DNA of 64,000 nt from IMG/VR virus record IMGVR_UViG_3300025530_000412. One strand, 5' to 3'. Origin of the DNA: an uncultured virus (IMG/VR IMGVR_UViG_3300025530_000412) (lineage: Duplodnaviria; Heunggongvirae; Uroviricota; Caudoviricetes). The position numbers were made by a program, and so were the translations under genes. The notes beneath the pieces were generated by a model, which saw only the letters and a list, made by a program, of their open reading frames with translations, did no database searches and was not told where the DNA came from. This document shows positions 1-11,293 of the stretch, in pieces (within the stretch, counting starts at the first letter, position 1; the number at the start of each line of letters is the position of its first letter).

Positions 1-474
1 CAAAAGAAATTTTTCCTAAAATGCATGATGGTATGTTCATAAGACATGGTTATATTGCTGAAGAAATGGCTTATTTAATGAGTCAATGTAATATTATCGA
101 AGAAGCAAGAGAGTTATATAATACATGGAAACATATTACATATAACACACCATGTCATAAATATTAAAAAGTCGATAAAACAAGTCTTTTAATAAGAAAG
201 GGTGGAAAATATGAAACAATATACAATTGATTTTGTGTATTTGGATAATTATGAAATAACGGCATATAATAATGGTAAAATGGAATATTCTGATATTGTT
301 CGATCATATGAACTAGATGGTTATGTATCTGCTTTGGAAACGCAAGGTTATAGGCGAGAGGTTATAGGCGAGCCTATGATGTTAAAAAATATAAAGAAGA
401 ATTTAACGAAGCTAAAGAGAAATATGAAATAGCAAAAAAGAAATACAAAACAGCGTTAAAAAATCCACTAATTA

Positions 475-1107
475 TTGTTAATCAATAAATTCAAACGTTT
501 GGAGGATAAAGCAATGAAAAAACATGTTTTTATCAAAGTTTTTGAAAGAATTGTTGAACTTCTTAAAAACGAACAAGATAAAATTGATATTAATAATACA
601 AATGATCTTGATATAGTAGATGAATATTTTTTATTCGATGATTTGATTTCAAAGTTTTCATTGAAAATTGATACGTTGCAAGGTAAAAGTTTTGCGAACT
701 TTGATTTTTTTCCCGACTGGAAGGAAGAAAATAAGGAAATGAAACAAAATAAATTTTTCCATTACATTAATTTGATTGGAACAGAATTCATCGATGTTGG
801 TGACGTTGCAAAAATGATGGGATGGGATACCTATCAAGTTTATGACAGATTGGAGGAATTGCCGATACCAGTCCATAATGGATTAAAAAAATTGTGGGCA
901 AAACATGATTTTGAACATAAAGAGCAAAGAGCAACACTAAGTCAAGTTTTGACAGTTGCGGAAGCGGCAAAAAAATATAATGTTTCAAACGATACTATTA
1001 TTAAACTGTGTCAAGCAAAAAAGATCGCCGCAAGACAGACAGAAGATGGCGAATGGCTTATTGGGCGCGAAGGTTTGCATAATTATTTTAAAAGTATTAT
1101 TGAATAA
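475..1107 (+). CDS. Helix-turn-helix domain protein (C-terminal excisionase/HTH_17-like)
   Basis: C-terminus LTVAEAAKKYNVSNDTIIKLCQAKKIAARQ..GEWLI; likely start 514. Confidence 0.6.
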   Translation: MLINKFKRLEDKAMKKHVFIKVFERIVELLKNEQDKIDINNTNDLDIVDEYFLFDDLISKFSLKIDTLQGKSFANFDFFPDWKEENKEMKQNKFFHYINLIGTEFIDVGDVAKMMGWDTYQVYDRLEELPIPVHNGLKKLWAKHDFEHKEQRATLSQVLTVAEAAKKYNVSNDTIIKLCQAKKIAARQTEDGEWLIGREGLHNYFKSIIE

Positions 1108-1874
1108 AGAGGGGTGTAATAACAATGACAGTTAAATTTAGACATCCTGATTACTTGTTTTTATTTGATATTGACAAAACGTTAGAACATTTAAAATCAC
1201 TTAAAGATAATATTCAAAAACCTTTCATTATGGATGCTGGCACACTGAATAATAATCTTTTTGACAATTCATATAACAGTTATGATGTTGGATATTATAT
1301 TCACAATTCTGTTTTAGAATTAATGCAATTTTTGACGAAAAAAAATAACATTTGGGAAATATGCGAAGTTGCTTTTAATGAAGACTACGAATGGGGAGAA
1401 AAAAGAAATAAAGATTTATTGTATAAATCATTTTACAAATATTCTCTTAAAGATGAATATGTTAAACCAGCAATCACAATTATTGACAAATGGATCGAAG
1501 AAACGGAAGATATATATAACAAAATGAAAGAAGAACAAGAGGAAGAAAAACAAAGACGTGAAATGTATAAGAACAAATATTCTATTATTGAAGTATATAA
1601 ACTTATTAAACCATCAGGCGGAGAAAATGGACAAGATGGCTATTATGATGGTTTAATTAGGAATAACAGTACTGGACAAACTGTTAGAATGGTCGCGCGA
1701 AATGTGTTTGACTTTGGATTTTATACTTATCCCAAACGACTTGAGGGGACAAACGATGTCTTTAATAGAGAGGTATGGACAGAAGAAGAAAGAAATGTAT
1801 CAAATTGGATTTGTGATTTTCCACCGTTTACAACAAGGACTCGTATGTAATTAATAATTGGAGGGATATTTATT

Positions 1875-2135
1875 ATGCGAAATTTAACAGAGTTGAAACA
1901 AAAAACGTTGGAATACTGTGAAAGAGTAAGGAAAAGCGGAGGTTTAACAGCAGAATACCAATTGGGACAAAAAACGTTACCAGATCATTGAGCCAAAAAA
2001 GGCGTCTATCGCCTTGTCCGTGCGCTTGGCGATTATGATAATTATGATGATGCAGTAAATGATTTGTATGATGTTTGCAATAATATTAAAACGGAAGAAG
2101 AGATTATTGAAAAGCGACTTAAGCCACGATTGTAA
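1875..2135 (+). pseudogene. Small ORF interrupted by in-frame TGA
   Basis: RBS GGAGG + ATG 1875; in-frame TGA 1989-1991; frame continues to TAA 2133-2135. Confidence 0.55.
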
Positions 2136-3144
2136 AAGGAAGTGAAAATATGATTTGCTTATTGACTAAAGGTAAAAAATTAAGAGTGATTTATGACAGC
2201 GAAATTATGGGTGAAATGGATTATGCTACATATAGAGCATGTAGAACGATACTAAAAGATATTATTTCAGGAGAAACGAATGATTTGGGAATTCCGCAAA
2301 ATTATCACTATTTGTTAACAGACTCATTAACAGAATTCAATGTAGAATTTGATGAAAATCAAAGCGCAGGAGTTAAATTAGCGTTACTATTTCGATTACA
2401 AAAAGGAATGCATGACATTAATAAAATTGTTGCTATGACTGAAAGGATTAATAAATTTACTAGAGAAGAAGCTGCATATTGGTTGAGTAAAGTGTTATAT
2501 TCTCCAACGGAAGAGCAAAGAAAATGGGCCGTAAAGGGATTAAGAATTATTCTCGTTGGACCGTAAAAAATTGAGGAGGAGTATTGGATGAAGACGAAAT
2601 TTATATTAAAGAATTTCAATACAGGTGAAGAATATAAAAAAAGATTTGTTAATATTGATAAAGTTTTTGAAATAAAAAATAAATTAGAAAGAAATGATAA
2701 CAGTCAATGGGACGTTTATGCCATGACGCCATTTGGTACAGTTTTAGTATTTGATGATGAGAAATGGAAATGGCGATAAACAAAAATAAAGAAAGGATGA
2801 CTAATATGAAATATGTGGCTGTAGCTGTTAATGGTGGAGTTGTACATATTGAAGAAAATAAAGGAAATGTTAATGTAAAGATTGTTGATTTTGATAATGG
2901 CGATCCAGAAATCAAAAAAGAAGAAGTTAACAAATTCGACGCTATTATTTTTGTTAGGGGAGGAGTAGCAGAAGTTGCATATAATGCAAATGATGTGAGT
3001 GTAACGATTAAAGATTATGACAATGTATGATTTGAATAGGTCATTGATTTTGTTATACTATTTTTTAAGTTAAATAAAATGACAATTTTAATAAAAGGGA
3101 GTGTAAAAAGAATGGGTATAAAAAAATAAAATATAAAAATAATA

Positions 3145-3173
3145 TTGACATAAAATAATATTAAACGTACAAT
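3145..3173 (+). promoter_or_regulatory. sigmaA-type promoter with upstream AAATAAAATAT box
   Basis: TTGACA 3145-3150, 17 bp, TACAAT 3168-3173. Confidence 0.75.
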
Positions 3174-3206
3174 ATAATTGTAAATAATATTAAGGAGTGG
3201 TTTTCA

Positions 3207-4268
3207 TTGAAGAAAATCGATCTTGGAGAAAAATTTAAAAAGGTACTGGAAGAAATTGAAGCACTTGAACAAAAGAAAGTCGATGTTATGAAAAAGCCGA
3301 AAGACATTTCAATTCGTGATAACAGCCTACATATTGATGGTTTGGGGATCGTTGACTTTACTAAAACGGGATTGCAAACATTTTGTGCTAAATTGGATTT
3401 GCCGTCATCTTATATGGCTAAATTGATGGACAAGCAGGGGAAAAGCACATACGAAATTGAACGAGATCAAGAAGTGTTTAAAATGAATATTCAAAGAGGA
3501 CTTGAAACTTTAAAAAATGATACAGACATTTTTATTAGAACATATAATGAAGGCGACAGACATTTGATTCGCGGAGCATTTAGCGACAGATATAATGTTT
3601 TGGATAATTTGCCGATCCTAAAAGAAATTGAAAAATACGACTTCAGCGAATTACAAGCGGAACATTTTAACGTAACAAGCGACTATATGGATGTTCGGTT
3701 TACAATGCCTCACTTGAAAAAAACAATTGGAAAATTACCAGAACATGAAGTTAGATTTGGCGTAACAGATGACATTGTATTTCCTGCAATTCATTTGCGA
3801 AACAGCGAAGTTGGTAAAAGTAAAATATCAATCCAATTTATCATTTATCGTTTGGTTTGCACCAATGGTTTGATTAATCAACGCGATCAATACAGAATTG
3901 TAAATAAAAGACATATTGGCGATTTTGATTTGTCTGATGTAAATAACAGGATCGCCGATATTGCACAAAAGACTCCAGCAATGTTTGAGGCGTATATTGA
4001 AGCTATGATAAATGCAAAAAATGAAAAAGTAGATGATGCCGAAGAAATTCTCCATTCTCTTAATAAACGTACTGGAGTAACTAAACGAATGACGGAAACA
4101 GTCATTAACAATTGGAGAACAGAACAACGCATGGATCGTACCAGACATGGTATAATTAATGCAATAACAGCGGGCGCAAGAGATTGGGAAAGACAAAGGA
4201 ACGATTTCAGCGGAAGATTGATTCTTGAAGAAATCGCAGGAGAAATGTTGTTCGCAAAAAGTCTGTAA
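3207..4268 (+). CDS. DUF932-family protein
   Basis: RGAFSDRYNVLDN, LRNSEVG and YRLVCTNGLI motifs. Confidence 0.75.
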   Translation: MKKIDLGEKFKKVLEEIEALEQKKVDVMKKPKDISIRDNSLHIDGLGIVDFTKTGLQTFCAKLDLPSSYMAKLMDKQGKSTYEIERDQEVFKMNIQRGLETLKNDTDIFIRTYNEGDRHLIRGAFSDRYNVLDNLPILKEIEKYDFSELQAEHFNVTSDYMDVRFTMPHLKKTIGKLPEHEVRFGVTDDIVFPAIHLRNSEVGKSKISIQFIIYRLVCTNGLINQRDQYRIVNKRHIGDFDLSDVNNRIADIAQKTPAMFEAYIEAMINAKNEKVDDAEEILHSLNKRTGVTKRMTETVINNWRTEQRMDRTRHGIINAITAGARDWERQRNDFSGRLILEEIAGEMLFAKSL

Positions 4269-5016
4269 ATGTTATAATTGGGGAAGGGGAGAGATCCCCT
4301 TCCCATACATTCAGTTAAAAGGGTTATTTGATTCCAATAATAATTTGAAAGAATTTAAGGAGTGGAGAGATTTGTATAAATTAACATATCAAGACTTTGA
4401 ATATGCAGGGAAAATCAAAGAAAAAGAATATCAAACATTACGCGAAGCAATGTTTGACGCAAAATATATTCAATCTTCAATAAAGGGACAAGTTATAAAA
4501 ATTGAGAGTGGAGAGACAACATATAATTTTCAACAGATAACAGATTATTGGCGAAAACATTTTTAAGGAGTGTTTTTGTTGATTAAAGTTCCCAAATGGA
4601 AAGATGAAAACAGGGAAACATATATAAAATATTTACAATCATTTATCAATCGATTGGAACGCAAACAATACAGAAGTGAATATGAAGAAAAGCGACTTGA
4701 ATCATTAAAAAACAAACTTAAAACAATAGAAAAAAGGGATTGAAAATAAAGGTAAAATATTGTAATATAAAAATCAAATATATTGTATGGAGTGATGATA
4801 AATATGGTTGTTGCGGTACTAGAGAGGTGGAAAGGCAAAATTCATCTAAACAAATATGAATTTACAGATCGACAACAAATGCAAAATTTTATTCGTATGT
4901 GTAAAGAATCAAATTGTTTAATCTTTGGCAGTGTGACAAAGAATAATAACAGAACAGGGAAAGTAAGTTGATTAAAAATAAAATATTATTACATAAAACA
5001 AATGGAGGAATGAAAA

Positions 5017-6018
5017 ATGAATAGAAAATCTTTATCTTGGAATGTGAAGCAAGTTTGTACTATGATTGATAAAGGTACTATTACCTTTGATAATCCAGTA
5101 CAAAGACCTTCTAGACAATGGAAAAAAGAAGATCAATCATTATTGATAGATTCTATTTTGCGAATGTTTGTGCCAGATATCTACGCTGTCCAAGTTACAA
5201 AAGAAATTGAAGGAAAAATGGTCAACACATATGATATTATTGACGGAAAGCAAAGATTGACTACTATTAACAGTTTCCGAAAAGATGAATGGGCATTAAC
5301 ACAACTTGATCCTGTTACACTTGAGTCAACAGGGGAAACGTATGATATTTCTGGTAAAAAGTTTTCGGAGTTACCGGAAGAAGTACAACAAGAAATTTTA
5401 GGTTATACATTAACGTTTAAAGTGATTGAAATCGAAGATGATGAAGATGAAGAAGCAATCGTAGATGCAATATTTTATAGGTTGAATAATGGCAAACCAA
5501 TGTCAAGGGGCCATCTCGCCTTTGTATCAGCGCATAAAGATGTGCAAAAATACGTTCATGATAAGATTAACAATCATTCTTTGTTCACTATAACCGCACA
5601 TTATCCTGCAAGTTCAATTAAAAATTCTGATCGGGAGTTGACCATTCTTCAATCAATCTTGTTAGCGGGAGGATACGAATATAAATCATTTGCTAACAAG
5701 GACATTGAAGAAGTCTTCAAGGATAAAGAAATTGAAACCGATGTATTCAACAAAGTAACAGCAGCATTTGATATGATCGTTAATGCTTTCCCTGATTATA
5801 ACAAGTTTGTAACCAAAACAAGTATTCCGCCTATGGTTGCGCTTTGTATTAATAATAATTTTGATGGAAAAGTGATCTCATTCCTTCAGAATTACGCTGA
5901 AACAACAGAAAAAGGCGATGCATATAGAAGGTATTGTGGAGCAAGCGGAACCAAGAAAAGTATGGTTGAGGGGCGCATAAAAGGGTTGCAAATTCTCTAT
6001 GAGCAATATCAGGATTAA
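5017..6018 (+). CDS. DUF262 (ParB/GmrS-like) domain protein
   Basis: QR..W....LIDSIL, IIDGKQRLTTI, IFYRLNNG motifs. Confidence 0.85.
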   Translation: MNRKSLSWNVKQVCTMIDKGTITFDNPVQRPSRQWKKEDQSLLIDSILRMFVPDIYAVQVTKEIEGKMVNTYDIIDGKQRLTTINSFRKDEWALTQLDPVTLESTGETYDISGKKFSELPEEVQQEILGYTLTFKVIEIEDDEDEEAIVDAIFYRLNNGKPMSRGHLAFVSAHKDVQKYVHDKINNHSLFTITAHYPASSIKNSDRELTILQSILLAGGYEYKSFANKDIEEVFKDKEIETDVFNKVTAAFDMIVNAFPDYNKFVTKTSIPPMVALCINNNFDGKVISFLQNYAETTEKGDAYRRYCGASGTKKSMVEGRIKGLQILYEQYQD

Positions 6019-8012
6019 CACAATGGGCTAGGTTGATCCTAGCCCTATACATAACACTTCAAGAATAATAGGGTTAAAACTATATTTTTATCCAAAATTA
6101 AGGAGGTATGAAAATGACAAAATGGAGGGTTTTAGCACGACATAAATGGGTTGCTGGCGCAACGATTACAGAAAGCATTAATGAAGAAAATCAAGACATT
6201 AGACGGTATACTGCAACGGTTCATGGTTGGAAAAATTTTAAGATTTATGAAGGTGATCCAAAAGACATTGATGTAAATAAAATAGTTGAAAAGGTTAGGG
6301 AAATTCGTGATCGTATTGAATCAGGAGATGTAACTATATTTACTGAAAATACTATAATTGCGACAAGCTAAAATGCCATGAAATGATCCTTTTATGAGGG
6401 AGGGATAAAAAATGGCGAGAAAAGCAGTTTGCAAGGTGTGTAATCGAGAAATTAATACACAAAAACAGTCGCACTACAAATTTGGTAAGGATATTGTTTG
6501 CTACGTTGAAGGAACAGAAGATTGTGTTATAACATATGTTGGGTGGCATTTAATAGAAAAGGGTGATGGATTGGGAAGATATAACGGTGGTTATGAAATG
6601 ATTGGTATGTACGGAAATGATTAATGATAAAATGAATATTTTATGAGGTGATGAATTGTATGTTGAGAAATTATGAAGGCAATGATAATTACGGTAAACC
6701 AAAAAGCGAATATCTAAAAAAAATTGCAAGTATGAGTAGAGATGAATTACTCAAAGAAACAGAATCAAAAATTTGGTTATCTGCATATGCAGCCAATAAT
6801 CCAAGATCAGATTATCATTGGCAATGTGATGCTTGTTATGACGAATGGAGCAAACGGGACGATGTAGAAGGTTATGAGATAGCTTGGAAGCGTGCATCAG
6901 GAATGGGATAAGTTAATAAAAGGATTTTTTTATTTCAATAAAAGGAGAGAAATACAATGATTGAGTTGTTTGAAAGAGTGGAAATTATTGAAGGGTACAG
7001 AGAAGGAGATTTGGGAATTGTAATTGAACTTAATGAAGATATATGCAAAATTGAATTTGATGACTATGAAGTTCATTCTTATGATATAAATGACGTAATG
7101 AGTGTTTATGAATAATACTATAAAAGAAGTATTTTATAGCAAAGAGGGTGGTTGGTATTAAAATAAATGATTTAAAGATAATTATAAATCAACATAAAAG
7201 AGATAAAGAATATTATAAAAGTTATATACAATATTGTAGTTTAGTTTATAAATTAGATTTTGATGAAGCATATGAATTGACTTTAACTGATTTGAGTAGG
7301 TGTGATTATGCACTTAAAGATGTTGATATAGTTTTTAGTGCATATCAAGAGTTAATTCAAAATATAGGAGATGATAATATAAATGTTCAAACCGAATGAT
7401 GAAGTAATAAGTAAAATAACAGGAGAAAGAGCAATTGTCAGTTACATAAATGATGAGGAATTAATGACAGTGCGTTTTAAAACAAAAAAATTTAATAAAG
7501 GAAATCTTGAAGTACATGGAACGCAGGTTTTAATTAAGAATTTTGAATTGGCTATAAAATAAGTCTTTTTGAGGATGTGAATGAGTTTGATTAAAAAAAT
7601 TTTACGATACTTTGGATATTATAAGATTAGTGATCTTGATACTGGTGGTTGGTGCGGTATTTGTGGGAAATGGATGGAAAAGGAAATTTTCCCCAAAGAT
7701 GAAGACAAATTTTGGAGAATATCAATATGTGAAGAATGTAAATAAAAAATTTTAAGGGGTTTGGTGAATAACTCAAAAGAAATGATAATAAATACAATTT
7801 TTGATTATGAGTATTGCAAATTGCGATAAAAAAGCAATTGTATCGGCTGAAGGGAGGGTTTAGTATATGAAAATACTTTTCTATAAGTACCTATGTTGGA
7901 AGCGTGATAAGTTCTTTTATAAATGGATTAGAACAAAGAAAGAAGAACATTTATGGAAGTATCAAGTTTATGCGGAAAAAGCTTATAAAGCACGATAAAA
8001 AGCAGAATTTAT

Positions 8013-8159
8013 ATGAAGTCACCGTAAAACCCATGCGTTTACGCATGGGGATATAAGGAAGCAAATAACCGTGGGACACACGGGGATAGCTTGGTCAATT
8101 TCACTTCAAAAGAAGTGATCACCCAAGAATCCCCTAGCTTTAACTATGGGGAGTGTCAA
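8013..8159 (+). mobile_element. Non-autonomous IS200/IS605 miniature element (left end + omegaRNA/right end, no ORF)
   Basis: Follows TTTAT; left hairpin and right end (ACCGTGGGACACACGGGGATAG...CCCAAGAATCCCCT..ATGGGGAGTGTCAA) match the ends of 18491-19782. Confidence 0.9.
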
Positions 8160-8532
8160 ATCACTTTAAAACCCGTAAATTCATTTGTTGCAGCAAATAG
8201 AATATAGAAAGGAGATTTTAAAAATGAGATATTACTATAAAATTGATGACAATAAATATTGTGTTAAGATTAAGGAATATGGTTACGAGATGTTTAAATG
8301 TTTAGTTTTTAAAAAGTTTTTATTTCGTTACAAAAAAGTATATGAGAAAATATATATGAGGCAGTTAACTGGAAATGATGCAAAACAAATGGCTATTAAT
8401 TCAATAATTGAGTATGAACATAGTAAATTAATTGTTTAAAGAGCGCATTGATAAAAACATTGAGTTTTATTATTAAGGAGAATAGAATAAAAAAGAAATG
8501 TTTTTTTGAAAAAGACAAAGGGGATGAAGACA

Positions 8533-8877
8533 ATGAAAATTGTATGGTTTAGTCGCCATGAACCAATCCCAAAACAGATTGATGAATTGAAACGAATTTT
8601 TGGTGATGATGTACAAGTAGAAATTGATCCGAATCCATTTTCAAGTGCAGATGATGTAATTGAGCGGTTCAATAAATCAGGAGCAAAAGAAATGGTTATT
8701 GTTGCACCGCTTAGTGTGATTGATGCAATTACAAAACGTGGAATTAGGCCATTATACGCTGAGATGCGTGTAGTACAATCAAAAGAATACGATGTTGAAT
8801 CAAATGGCAGAAAATTTGTTTTTGAGAAATTTGTAAGGATTAACAAGGTGACAATCGAAAAAGAGAACTTAAAGTAG
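8533..8877 (+). CDS. Small Rossmann-like protein resembling Csx15/Csx16/Csx20 families
   Basis: N-terminal WFSRHEP..Q..EL and VIVAPLSVI patterns; resemblance judged by eye. Confidence 0.4.
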   Translation: MKIVWFSRHEPIPKQIDELKRIFGDDVQVEIDPNPFSSADDVIERFNKSGAKEMVIVAPLSVIDAITKRGIRPLYAEMRVVQSKEYDVESNGRKFVFEKFVRINKVTIEKENLK

Positions 8878-9027
8878 AAAAACCGCCATGAATGGCGGCT
8901 TCCTACATCAAAATAACTGAGTGAGACAGTGAATAATAAAGTTTGCGTTAATTCCTTATAGGTACGCTAAAATAACTTCTTAAACAAATAATCACTCAGT
9001 TACAAGTCCTTAAAAGGTATCGAAACT
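8877..9027 (-). ncRNA. Candidate ~150-nt structured sRNA
   Basis: Minus-strand TTGACA(9062-9057)-17-TATACT(9039-9034); 11-bp inverted repeat TAACTGAGTGA/TCACTCAGTTA; terminator GCCGCCATTCATGGCGGTTTTT; no ORF found. Confidence 0.55.
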
Positions 9028-9108
9028 ATACTTAGTATATATTGGTATCAATTTTTTGTCAAGGGAGGGTACAAAAAAATGAAAAAGAAAGAAATACAAG
9101 CATGTTAC

Positions 9109-9155
9109 ACTGCAACCGTCAGAAAGCCTCTGCCTTTAGGCATGGGGAGTGTCAA
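9109..9155 (+). mobile_element. Single-hairpin IS605-type mini element / right-end remnant
   Basis: CTGCCTTTAGGCATGGGGAGTGTCAA identical to the right end of 18491-19782; left boundary approximate. Confidence 0.7.
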
Positions 9156-9523
9156 CGCGTGATTTAGTCGGAGAAAGTTTGGATTTCTATGTTAGAAAGA
9201 GAATAGAATTGATAAAAACTATAATAACAAAAATAGCATAAGGGGATAAGAATTATGTATATTTCAAAAGGAGTAACAGCTTGTCTTTATGGTGGAATAA
9301 CTGATAAAATCACATATGTTGAAAATCAGATTAAATATTATAAATTGCATAATAATGATGAATTCATAAAATCAATAATTAAAGAAAGTTATAATGATAT
9401 TAAAGAAGCAATTGAATTCTATACGGAATATTGTGTTTTGTCTGCAAAATTCCTTCAAGATGAATTTGAAAAATTGACAGCTAAATATAATGAGATCATG
9501 AATTTCGAGTGAGAGGTAATCAT

Positions 9524-9799
9524 ATGGAACAACATATAAAAAAATGTAAAGCCATTGATTGTGACAACTATTTCTATGTAGAGAAAAAACCGGGAAGAAC
9601 AAAAGAATATTGTAGTTCACGTTGCAAGGATCGAGAAAAAGCAAGATTGTATCGAAAACTACGGAAAAACAAAAATCTCTGCCCTCAATGTGGAGGACAG
9701 ATGGACAGTAATAAATCATATTGTTCAAAATGCAAAATGTATTTTGCCGAAAGATATAGAATGAGAAAAATGAAGAAAATGAACAGTTTGGTAAAATAA
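9524..9799 (+). CDS. Cys-rich zinc-finger protein
   Basis: CKAIDC, YCSSRC, CPQCG, YCSKC. Confidence 0.55.
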   Translation: MEQHIKKCKAIDCDNYFYVEKKPGRTKEYCSSRCKDREKARLYRKLRKNKNLCPQCGGQMDSNKSYCSKCKMYFAERYRMRKMKKMNSLVK

Positions 9800-9804
9800 A
9801 ATAA

Positions 9805-10377
9805 TTATTTTCGAAAAATATACTTATATTGACTTTTTTTGATGAAATCGGCTGTTGTGTTTTGAGATAACAGCCGATCTATTTCTTTTTCAACCTCAGT
9901 ATAATTGTTGTAATATTTGAGTTGATCTGCACATGCCTGTTTTATGGCATTCATTCCTTCATGGTACATACCTATTGTTCGTATGACATATAAGATATTG
10001 GTTTTGGCGTCAACTAAAAATAAATTAATAGCATTACCCTCTTGCAAAAATAACTCTCTTATATTTTCTGGTTCTTTTAAGAAATTAATATTTAAATCAA
10101 AAGACCAATTTGAAGAAGAGTAATAAATAGATATAATTGGTATGTTTAGTTCTATATAAATATTGAAATATAAGTCGTTAGAGCGAAAGGTTTTAATATC
10201 TTTTGGAGTAGGTGAATTAATAAAATAATGAACATCAAAACTTTTTCCAACTAATACTGGTCGTACATTTTCAGTATTTGGAGAAGGATTAGGAATAGGG
10301 AAAGGTTTGTTAACTTCAAGATGGTAAAGCATAATACCATCTCCCTTTTTTAATTTTTTAATAGCATTATAACACAA
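9805..10377 (-). CDS. Hypothetical protein on the minus strand
   Basis: 190-aa ORF; RBS AGGGAG before internal ATG (~10332). Confidence 0.6.
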   Translation of the reverse strand: MCYNAIKKLKKGDGIMLYHLEVNKPFPIPNPSPNTENVRPVLVGKSFDVHYFINSPTPKDIKTFRSNDLYFNIYIELNIPIISIYYSSSNWSFDLNINFLKEPENIRELFLQEGNAINLFLVDAKTNILYVIRTIGMYHEGMNAIKQACADQLKYYNNYTEVEKEIDRLLSQNTTADFIKKSQYKYIFRK

Positions 10378-10413
10378 AAAAATGACATAAAAAAACCCAA
10401 TCGTATGATTGGG

Positions 10414-10641
10414 TCATCCAGTCATTTCATCCAGTTTATCAAACGCGCCAAGTTCTCTTGCACGTTGTAGAATTTTGATTAGCTGTTGGAAATCGTGGTT
10501 GGTTAAGTCAGGTTTGTTGTTAAGATCGTATCGCAATTGATCGTTTTCGGCTTTTAAATTTTCAATTTCTTTTTCAAGTTTTTCTATGGTTTGTTTTAAT
10601 TCTACAATCAATGATTGAGATTTGTCTTCGTTATTACCCAT
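10414..10641 (-). CDS. Small coiled-coil protein divergent from mazF
   Basis: Strong RBS GGAGGGAG; heptad pattern; downstream terminator 10392-10414. Confidence 0.6.
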   Translation of the reverse strand: MGNNEDKSQSLIVELKQTIEKLEKEIENLKAENDQLRYDLNNKPDLTNHDFQQLIKILQRARELGAFDKLDEMTG

Positions 10642-10722
10642 TTTTCTCCCTCCAGTATCAATCAGTTGTTTTTATAAAGTATGTCCAAAAAAATAAGAAA
10701 AAATACATAAAAATTGTAATAT

Positions 10723-10736
10723 AGAACATTTGTTCG
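10723..10736. promoter_or_regulatory. LexA (Cheo) SOS box abutting the mazF promoter
   Basis: AGAACATTTGTTCG matches GAAC-N4-GTTC; TTGAAT-17-TAAAAT directly downstream. Confidence 0.75.
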
Positions 10737-10807
10737 CTTGAATTTTAAAACTAAAATATGTAAAATATAGACAATAGGGAGAGGATAGGAGTGGAGGGGC
10801 AAAAGAG

Positions 10808-11218
10808 ATGCTAGTAGTAGATAAGTCAATTAAAAGTAAAAAATATAGAGGAGCAAGGGGTAACGAAGTTAAAAAATATGATATTTGGATGGCAGAGATG
10901 CGTGAAGGCAAAGGTGTCGAACAAGTTGGTACTCGACCTGTTGTTATTATTCAAAATGATGTTGGAAATGCCTTTTCCCCGGCTGTCATTGTTGCGCCCC
11001 TTACTTCGTCTATGAGTAAAACAAAAATACCTACACATGTTGCCGTAAAAGCAGAATTAAATGGACTGTCGAAAGACAGTACTATTTTAACAGAACAAAT
11101 TGTAACGTTGGACAAGTCGAGATTAAAATATAAAATCTCCAGACTTGATCTAGCGACTAGGCGGAATTTGGATGTAGCTTTGATGGTTAGTCTAGGGTTA
11201 GCAGATACAATAGCTTAG
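10808..11218 (+). CDS. mazF: PemK/MazF-family endoribonuclease toxin
   Basis: G.EQ.G.RPVVIIQNDVGN.FSP..IVAPLT...K..IPTHV...DSTILTEQI.TLDK.RL, colinear with Bacillus EndoA. Confidence 0.92.
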   Translation: MLVVDKSIKSKKYRGARGNEVKKYDIWMAEMREGKGVEQVGTRPVVIIQNDVGNAFSPAVIVAPLTSSMSKTKIPTHVAVKAELNGLSKDSTILTEQIVTLDKSRLKYKISRLDLATRRNLDVALMVSLGLADTIA

Positions 11219-11251
11219 GATGTGCATTTTTATGAATAAACAAAAATAAAC

Positions 11252-11284
11252 AAATCCCGCATAAAAATTTATATGCGGGATTTA
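11252..11284. terminator. Bidirectional rho-independent terminator
   Basis: AAATCCCGCATA...TATGCGGGATTT between convergent genes. Confidence 0.75.
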
Positions 11285-11293
11285 TTAATTCAA

